From Eledone cirrhosa (Eukaryota), in the NCBI GenBank assembly GCA_964016885.1, contig OZ024746.1, forward strand, positions 38,130,001-38,194,000: a DNA stretch of 64,000 nt. The letters are read 5' to 3'. The number at the start of each line of letters is the position of its first letter. Positions within the stretch are counted from its first letter, which is position 1. The notes under the pieces were generated by a model. It searched no databases. It saw nothing but the letters and a program-made list of their open reading frames with translations, and was not told the DNA's origin. Of this stretch, positions 55,531-64,000 are shown one piece after another. The translations under genes were made by a program, and so were the position numbers.

Positions 55531-56189
55531 TGTGTGTGTATGTGTGTGTGTGTATGTATGTATATATGTATGTATGTTCATATTTATGTACACGTAAAGC
55601 TATTATGAATATTCAAAGTACCAACTTATTCATATAAGATTAATACTAAAAGAAGTCTTACCAATTCTATCATTAGTTTTTAAACTTTATCACCTGGAAA
55701 GAATAATGTCTTGATCGAATTTAACGTAAATCAAGCGAAATATGCAATAGAAACCAGTGTAATCTTGAATAAATTCATTCTCACAGTACTACGTTCTTTA
55801 GTTTTATATCATGAAGCAAGATCTTATAGTTACACGTGCCCATACACATGGGCGTACACAGATATACACACGCACAAACACACACACACTTACACACACA
55901 GATATATAGATATATATATGTATATATGTATATATGTATATATGTACGTACATACATACAACGTATATATATATACATACATATATATACTTAACCATAT
56001 ATATATAAACACATATCCATTGACATTAATAAATGCACATAACGCACAATAGCTATTGACATACACACTCATTATTATATATTTTCTCCTCAATTTTCCT
56101 CTATCATTTTTGCATAAGTATTCGCCCACATACTCCACAACCTATACATATTAAGAGGTACGTAGACACGCATGCAAACAAATATATAT

Positions 56190-56282
<93 letters not shown>

Positions 56283-56899
56283 TAATTTCTCAATAAAACT
56301 GCATTCTACCTAAGGTTTCAAATTCCAACTGTCATAGAACGTAGAGAGTATATATTTGCTAGTTTAGTTACAAATTACCAGAAATAGAATGCTGCTTCGT
56401 GTTTGAAACTTTGGGTAGCATGCATTCATGTTAAAAGCTTATTTGTATAATACTCTTTGGCTCGGTACAGAATATAAAGCGCTTTGTTTAGTCCTTGATC
56501 TATCCTTTCATGATTCTTGGATATTTTTCCTCTCTATATCTAACTTGAAATCGTGACAGACAAGAACACCATATAAGTGCACACCTACACACAGGCAGAG
56601 ACACACACACACTTACACACACATGCATACTTATATTACAGAACAACAAAATGCCTCATGGACCATTATTATGAATAGAAAAGTTATATTCATTTAAACC
56701 AAGAGATTTTTGTAGTGAATCAATTGAATCCTAATCAAATGAATGCCACTTCCACCATCACCACGCTACCTTCAAAAAAGAGATATATATAAGAAGGACA
56801 TTTAGACAGGAAATTCACATATGACCTACCTACTCGCAGAATACGATGACAAATTTCTTTTTATATTTGATAAGAATAACATACCACTCGAGTCCGGTA

Positions 56900-57640
56900 A
56901 TATTCGATGATTTAATATGTTTCTTGTATTTATTTTTCATATCTTTTATCGTCATATAGAATGGGAAGATTTTTGCAGAGGTGGTCAATCATTTTAATTT
57001 TTGAGGGTCGATGTTTGACACATATGGTAACAACTTGTTCTTAGCTCTTGAATTTCTATATATTCAGCCCTTTCTGTCTTACTGGTTATTATGGATGAGT
57101 TCATCCAGTCTTTTCTCGCGTGTGATCGGGTCCGGTACCTATAGTGCATACTGATTTTTGCTAGTTTAGACGAAATGTTCAATTTTGTCTGTGATCTTAC
57201 TTCTTATAAATAAAATGTACCGTCTGGAATCCATGGGATTATAGAAAATGCCTCTTTCCATCTCCCGTCAGTTTTATCAATTGTTCCTTGTAATTAAACT
57301 TTATTGGGAATTGGATGTTACTGTTAAGGTTATTCCTATTTTTTAATTCTGTGAGTGTATCAAGATCTTTTTTCTGTCATAAGATAAAGCAATCATTCAG
57401 GTATCATTTCCCAGTTGTTTTGTCGTGTGTCTCCAAATAGTACTAGTGATTGTCTGTAAATCTTTTTTTCCTGGTATATCATCACTAAATTCAAGTATGT
57501 GGGGGTTATTTTCATGCTTATTGCGGTTCCTGATATTTGTCGGTACGCAGATCCATTGAACAAAAGATAACTGTTTTGCAATATGAATTTGAATCCATCA
57601 AGGATAAAATCACTTTTGGAGCGAGTTGGTAATTCGGATT
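56900..57640 (-). mobile_element. Degraded PLE RT fragment
   Basis: FILQNSYLLFNGSAYRQISGTAISMKITPTYLNLVM corresponds to N.F.F....Y.Q..GTAMG...AP.YANL.M; LNSNIQFP and NPMDSRRY (KPTD..Y) follow. Confidence 0.8.
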
Positions 57641-57644
57641 GGTG

Positions 57645-57860
57645 TGTTACTCAGGACAGATAGGAGTATATTTACTCATGAGAATAGCAATTCACAGTCA
57701 ACAAATTTGAGAGTAAAACACAAGACATTCCAACATGTGCAGTATTAGACTTACCCAACATCAACATTTCCCAATCTAAACATGTTCAGTCTCTGAACAA
57801 CAGACAATAAATAAAGTAAATCAATTCATTAAAAATATAAACCACAATTTGATATGTAAT
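57645..57860 (+). mobile_element. Inverted PLE GIY-YIG fragment abutting the RT fragment
   Basis: YSGQIGVYLLMRIAIHSQQI corresponds to YIGQT...L..R...HRQQI, followed by a terminal FI.KYKPQFD (FI..F.P.LN). Confidence 0.6.
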
Positions 57861-59952
57861 TATGCAATATTAGACAATACATGGTGGCTGCCAACTCGTT
57901 TTCGAGTACGGCCACTATTTTATATCCATGTAGGAGAACCCCTACCGATGCGCTGAACGAGTGTGACTTTTTAGTCCAGCCAGCGACTTGAAAACTCTGG
58001 TACAAACACTACACTTGTGACAATTATTGACACATAGTGCTGGGCCCATGGTACCATGTGACGACAAGTGCAGAGAGATCTCCAGATATAAAGCAATGCC
58101 TGTGCCGTGAAGCTTTTATAGTGAGCAAAGGCACTGCACAAAGCCATTCCCACTCTCTTAACCAATATGATATTTACGAAAAAGAAGAACAAGTCAATAT
58201 CATTGGATGCCATCAGGGTTGCAGGTGTTATATCAGAGTTTTCCTTCTCCTAGAATTCTGCCTTGACAAAGGCTAAGGGGTCATCTCTCCCGGGGCTAAG
58301 GGGTCATCTCTCCCATATATAGACAATACATAATGGTCATACATATGGGAGTATCTAATTCACACATATCTGTGAGCAAACCTATACATATGCAGTGACA
58401 CAATCACACACACACACCGTAGCTAGTTCAATACTGAGATTGGAACTACCTGTTGAAGCGGCAATAACTCAGCCATCATGTCCCGACTCATTATAATACA
58501 GCCATACTCTACTACCTCAATTATCGAGTACTTTGTGGAGTAATTGTCTAACTAGTTTTCAACTGCTTCTATACATATATATAGTAAATTACGAATATTT
58601 TAAAATCCGGTACAATGCGGTAGAAAATACGAAGGGCAAATTATGGTAAATGAAACAAAGTAAAGTAAATCCTTAGCCAGTGTATTATAGCATGATATTT
58701 CGGTGCCATTACCTTTTTTTCAGAAGTGAAGCTGAAATAGTCCAACATAATTCAAACGAACGATTCAAGCTTTCTTCTATAACTGGTTCCATCTGTTGGA
58801 AACATGTATGCTCCTGCGCGGGATTGCTATAGTAACGAGTTTGCCTCGTGCTTTCTGAATTATTTATTTCTGGCTTTAATCAGCAAGTAAAAATGTTTTC
58901 CATAATTCTTGAATTTCCCGTATCCCTTGCAGCCCATTCTATGATGACCGCAATGTCGTGGTCAGTTATATGCGATATATGTAACTTATTGATGCTGTTT
59001 TTATTATCAGTTCGTTTGACAAGTATTGTGAATATATATAAGACATATTGACGGGATTTTAAGTCTTTGTTTGTGAGTGAGTAATGTCCTTTGTGATAAG
59101 AAACTCATTTTTTAATTACATATTTCATATACATTTCGTAAACAGGAAATAAGATTTGAATCATGTCCTTTTTCATAAAGATTAAATATTAGGTCATTTA
59201 TAAGAGATGTTGATTCTCATTCATACTTATACTGCTATTCGATTAATAATCATGCCATATTCAAACAACTTATTTTCTTTCCTTCGTTCATGTATAAATC
59301 AGCATATCACAATCTAAATATAATCAATATAATGCTGCTTTCTATATTCTAAGTTATTGAAGTTATCTAAATGATATTATTATTTTGTTGGTGATGTTTT
59401 AGTGTCTATATTTATCTATTTATTTCAACTATGTACCACATATCTATAAATTAGATAAAATCTGTTTATTCGAAAATTTTGTCTATATATTCTATGTACT
59501 ATCATACCATAATAGTACATAGAATTATCAAGTTTGAATCTAAATTAATAAATATATAGTCAGCGTTTATTATGTATTGAGTCCTTAATTTATATTCTTT
59601 ACGTTCTGAATAATTTGATCAAGGCTATCGCCCTGGGTTTATCGGTGTGTCTTTGTGAATGTCAATCAGCTCGAAGGTTAACATATTCGGAGTTTGATTC
59701 ACCGCGGCGCGTTTTGTTCTCAAGTTAGGTATATATTTGACATTATTCCAGTTCCCTAGGCAAGATCAAATTAGCTATACCTGGGTTAAGAGACATTAAT
59801 TTCGAAATAACAGGACATTTGAATAAATTAATAAAACAAACAGACCCTGTTTCTTGCGCTTCAATTTTCTTCTCAGTGAAAACCTGCATTGTCATGGCTT
59901 TCCAACTTCGAAATCTTTATACCATATACAATGCTTCATGTAATCTACAAAT

Positions 59953-60033
<81 letters not shown>

Positions 60034-60035
<2 letters not shown>

Positions 60036-60220
60036 CAAAGAACAAAGAAAGTGTGGTAAGGATCCAGGTGGACCATAACGCACCTGAGTACTCGATACTT
60101 AGAGTAGTAGAGTGGGTAATTGGAAAAGAGTCAAGACCCCGACAGTTAGATCCGATCGCAAATTCGAATCTAGCTGTTGAAACGGTCGGAGCTCAGCCGT
60201 CGGGCTCCTGACACTTTTCA
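60034..60220. mobile_element. Family A element with inverted segment
   Basis: gtggtaaggatccaggtggaccataacgcacc..gtagtagagtgggtaat, as at 14101-14168; tagctgttGAAACGGTCggagctcagccgtcgg. TA-flanked. Confidence 0.85.
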
Positions 60221-60240
60221 TATATATATATGTGTGTGTT

Positions 60241-60496
60241 AGGTAATTCCGAAGGAAAAACAAAGGAAAAAAGAGTGCTCTATGTATAGAACAGAGCTAT
60301 TTAATTAGTGAAACAACACAATATATAACTACTCCCTTAGCAAAGGTTTCTGGATCCTAGAAAATATTAATAGACGTCTGGATCGGTCATCAGACAAAGA
60401 TGTGTGGTCTGATGACCGATCCAGTCATATATTAATATTGTCTGGGATCCAGAAACCTTTGCTATATATGGTTATATTTTGTTTGTGTTCACTTTC

Positions 60497-60500
<4 letters not shown>
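60241..60500. mobile_element. Family G fold-back element (about 60310-60396 vs 60407-60492) with HHR-like cores in both arms
   Basis: gt-CTGATGA-cc-GATCCAG..CT(G)GGATC-ca-GAAA-cctt; the arms are reverse complements. Confidence 0.7.
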
Positions 60501-60570
<70 letters not shown>

Positions 60571-60575
<5 letters not shown>

Positions 60576-60672
60576 GTAGAACACCGGAAGGTAATATCCA
60601 TAGTGGTAGAGCACTCAGTCCATGGGACAAGTTAGGTAGAAGTGGTTACACAACAGTTAGTTCACCGTACCG

Positions 60673-60673
<1 letters not shown>
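60571..60673 (-). mobile_element. Family F copy beginning just after the HHR cleavage site
   Basis: Matches 52690-52786 and lies between (TA)n and (CA)n. Confidence 0.85.
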
Positions 60674-60748
<75 letters not shown>

Positions 60749-61460
60749 CGTTTCTGAATTTGTTTAGCAATATTCTTTATCTGAAATCGTGTGTTGAAAC
60801 CGATATTGTTATACCAGAAATGTATAAGTTTGTAGATTTATAAATTTATAAATATATAATAAATTGAAGTGAAAGCAACTGGTGCGTGTGTTTCTTATTG
60901 GCAACATGACCCTCCCAAAGTATAACAATATATATATATATATATATATATGCGTGTATGTATGTGTGTGTGTTTGTGTGTATGTTTGTCTGCCTGTGCC
61001 TGCGTGTATGTTTAATTATGCCTAACCTTCATCGATCTAATCACAATTCTTTTCTTGGCATGCATATATCGCATATTTTATAACTTTTCTTCATTAATTT
61101 TTGTTTTGTTTCCCTTCAACTTAATTATTTGTGTTACTTTTCCTTTCCAGCTCCGATTTCGTGTTTATTCTCACAGCACACAGTCATAAGAGACATTTAT
61201 TCATCTACGTTTTACATATTCTTCTTTTACAGTAACATTTCATTAATTTCATTCTTTAAATGCATGTTAAATATATTGTCCACGGTAAAGAAAAATACAA
61301 AAAATACACTTTCATCCTCCTCTTGTAAACTGCTAGCACCTGCCCAACTTAGCATCATAATCTCATTCTGTTAGTTCATCTTCTCCTTCCATACGTATAA
61401 TTGTCTTCAAATTCTGTCGCATTTAATAGTTGATATTCTTTTATTTTGGCGGCGCAGAAA

Positions 61461-61890
61461 GCGGTGGATTGGCAGAGTCGTTTGAGCGTCAGACACCATG
61501 CTTTGCAGACTAGAGTTATGGCCCTTTATATTCTATGTTCCAATCCTGCTGAGGTAGACTTTGCCTTTCATCCTAAAGAGGTCGATAAAATAAAGCACCA
61601 GTAATGAAACGGCGTCGATTTAATCGGTTTTTCCCCTACCCTAAAATTGTTGGCCTTGTGCCTAACTCAGAAATCATTATTTTGGTGGCGTAGTATCGGT
61701 GGAATGTTGAACAACACACAAAGCAGCATGTAGTGGCGGCCGTTTACGTTCTGAGTTCAAATCCTGCTGGAGTTAGTTTTGCCTTTCATCCGTACAGGCT
61801 CAATAAAATAAAGTACCAGGAAAACACGATTTATTTTATTTTTCCTTACCAACAATTGAACCAATGCTGCCTAAATCAGAAACCATTATT
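61461..61890 (+). mobile_element. Two tandem diverged tRNA-derived SINE copies (about 61461-61680 and 61686-61890)
   Basis: Both contain a B box, tttgcctttcatcc..aaaataaag(c/t)accag and a cagaaa(t/c)cattat end. Confidence 0.8.
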
Positions 61891-62509
61891 CCAGTGTCTC
61901 AGTACCTCCGTCAAACTTTTTTTCGCAATAATCACAGAACATTCCATGCATCTCAACATACCGTCACTTCATTGCCTCTCTTCAACATTTTCGCATATTG
62001 CACTTTTTATATATCACTAAGCCTCACTATGAAATAGTCAATCAACTTGTAGGAAATAGAAACTGTCTCACTCTGAATCCTCTCTCCACTGTCTTACTCT
62101 ATCACAGCATCCTTCTTCAAATCCATCGCCTAACCTTCAGCCCGTGGTAGCTATATCAATATGCAATTACAACATGGTTTATTATTAAACGGGACTAGCT
62201 GAACACTGAATAAATACTTTTAATATTTCATTTCATGCTTCACATGCTACATACTTTGCTACTTTGATTCTCTTAACCTTTTCCGTATGCTTACAATCAA
62301 TTCTACATCGCTAGCATTCATTTGATTCTAATTCTCTCGCTTTCAAGTCCAACATATCTCTCTCTTCATTTCTAAAATGCCTATAAATTCAACTATTCGT
62401 CCTCACCATAGGCATTTAATAATATTCTATAGTCTACAATGTTTTCTCTTATTCTCGCGCTGTGGTGCGATAGAAATAAGCTACATTTAATAATAAAATA
62501 ATTTCTGCT

Positions 62510-62564
<55 letters not shown>

Positions 62565-63071
62565 GTGAAATGAGCGAAAATTGTCAGAGTCGTGTCTGGA
62601 TACCAGCAAAAGGGTAGTACCAATTCTCTGATTGCCATGAAAATTTACACATTAATGTGAAAGGTGCCGACGAAGGGACAGGTCTACTTGGGTTTCTCTA
62701 AATTGAACAATGTGGTCTCTAGGGCCAAAGAACGGTCTTTTTCTATCAATTTTACCTCCCTATAGTTTCTTAGCTTTACTCTGTCGCTCTTGCCTCTCTC
62801 TATAATAGATCATTCCCCCTCTCTATAATTTAACTGCTTTATTCTCTCTGTCGCTCTTCACTCCCTATATGAAAACACTGCAGAGAGAGAGAGATAGGCC
62901 GTAGACAGAGAGAGATACAATTAAAGTGTTAGATATTCAGAGAGAGAGAGAGACAGACAGACAGAGAGGAAGGACCAGCAAACTTTAGTTAACGTTCAGT
63001 CACGTGTTGTATATATTTAATCTGTCGTCGCTCGCATAACACACACACACACACACACACACATACACACG

Positions 63072-64000
63072 ATACTTATATAAAGATGAGCGTTGTGTGT
63101 TTGTATGTATCCTACACACCTCCCTATACTATTTAACCTAAAATACTTTCATATCCATCTCTTAGTGAAGCATTTCCAATTCATTATACGTAAACAATGA
63201 CATTAATCTTTCGCTTTTAGCTTAGCATTTTACATTCAATGCCTTCCTTTTTTAATGCAACTTTTTATTGAAACGACTACATGCTCTCCGTGGTTCAGTA
63301 TTTAACCTAAAATACCTTTACACTGCTTCTATCGTTATACGATATGCCTAACCCAAAATGACCAGTATTTTCTTCGAAACGAAATAAAGCCCTTAAATTG
63401 CGAAGAATGGAGGCGCGTGCGCCGTAACGTTTTTTATCGATATCCTTTGTTATTTTGCTTCTTTAATCTCCATAAAAATATTATTTCTGTCTTGAGAAGT
63501 TGTAAAAGAGTACTGGTCGAGTTAAAGCATTAGGATTTGTTTTGTTTTTTACTCCAGGAGACATCGGATGCAAGGGAGGCCCGTCTTACTGCCCAGCGCA
63601 TTCAGCGCCAACGCTCACGTCTCGACGAGACTCCGGAGGCAAGGGAGGCCCATCTTACTGCCCAGCGCACTCACGACCAACGCTCACGTCTCGAAGAGAT
63701 TCCAGAGACAAGAGTGTACCGTCTTGCTGCCGACCGCAATCAGCGCCAACGCTCACGTCTCGACGAGACTCCGGAGGCAAGGGAGGACCGTCTTTCTGAC
63801 CAGCGCACTCAACGTCAACGCTCACCTCTCAACGAGACTCCGGAAGCAAGAGAAGAAAGGTTCACAGGTAGATGGCGTCAACGTCAAGAAAATGCTGCTA
63901 CTACAAGGGACACTTTTTGCTTAAAAGCTGGCTTTAACTACAATCCTTCTGATGATTTCACCAATCACCCGGACTTGGCTCTTGGAAAAATGGATAAGGT
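63072..64000 (+). mobile_element. 5' part of a Helitron
   Basis: atacttatataaagatgagcgttgtgtgtttgtatgt resembles invertebrate Helitron 5' ends, although the terminal TC is not evident. A RepHel-like N-terminal frame lies downstream. Confidence 0.65.
63558..64000 (+). CDS. Helitron RepHel N-terminal exon with 23-aa STPR-like repeats (partial; open to the window end)
   Basis: After the acceptor-like ttttttactccag, the frame reads ETSDAREARLTAQRIQRQRSRLD ETPEAREAHLTAQRTHDQRSRLE EIPETRVYRLAADRNQRQRSRLD ETPEAREDRLSDQRTQRQRSPLN ETPEAREER..LKAGFNYNPSDDFTNHPDLALGKMDK. The tail matches the AF.YDP..DY......IG.M motif that precedes the Helitron zinc finger. The repeats are 69-bp DNA units and there is no stop. 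Confidence 0.8.

Noticed and set aside
58270-58314. Short tandem duplication ggctaaggggtcatctctccc x2
   Set aside because: An ordinary local duplication with no further structure.
63542-63924. ORFs of 85 and 118 aa over the 69-bp repeats; superficially CRISPR-like periodicity
   Set aside because: These are alternative frames of the STPR repeat. The units are contiguous with no unique spacers, and the context is eukaryotic.

Overview
This is AT-rich, microsatellite-saturated animal DNA with no host protein-coding exon I can support. The tRNA-derived SINE family and extreme (TA)n/(CA)n density suggest an octopod cephalopod (inference). Nearly all ORFs in the supplied track are microsatellite artefacts. 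Recognisable content: a degraded Naiad-type Penelope-like element (PLE; RT + GIY-YIG) at 1-1997 and several other PLE fragments; RTE-like and R4/Dong-like LINE remnants; about 12 copies of a tRNA-derived SINE, several with TSDs; CORE-SINE copies; a tiny Tc1/mariner-like MITE; a 24-bp minisatellite; and the 5' end of a Helitron with an open STPR-repeat frame missing from the ORF track. The most striking signal is about 15 type I hammerhead-ribozyme (HHR) motifs, four with intact cores. They are carried by roughly nine unrelated families of short non-coding elements that sit inside (TA)n tracts and often form fold-back inverted repeats. In two families a dispersed copy begins 1-2 nt from the predicted self-cleavage site. 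This looks like a PLE-driven, TA-targeted, retrozyme-like system.
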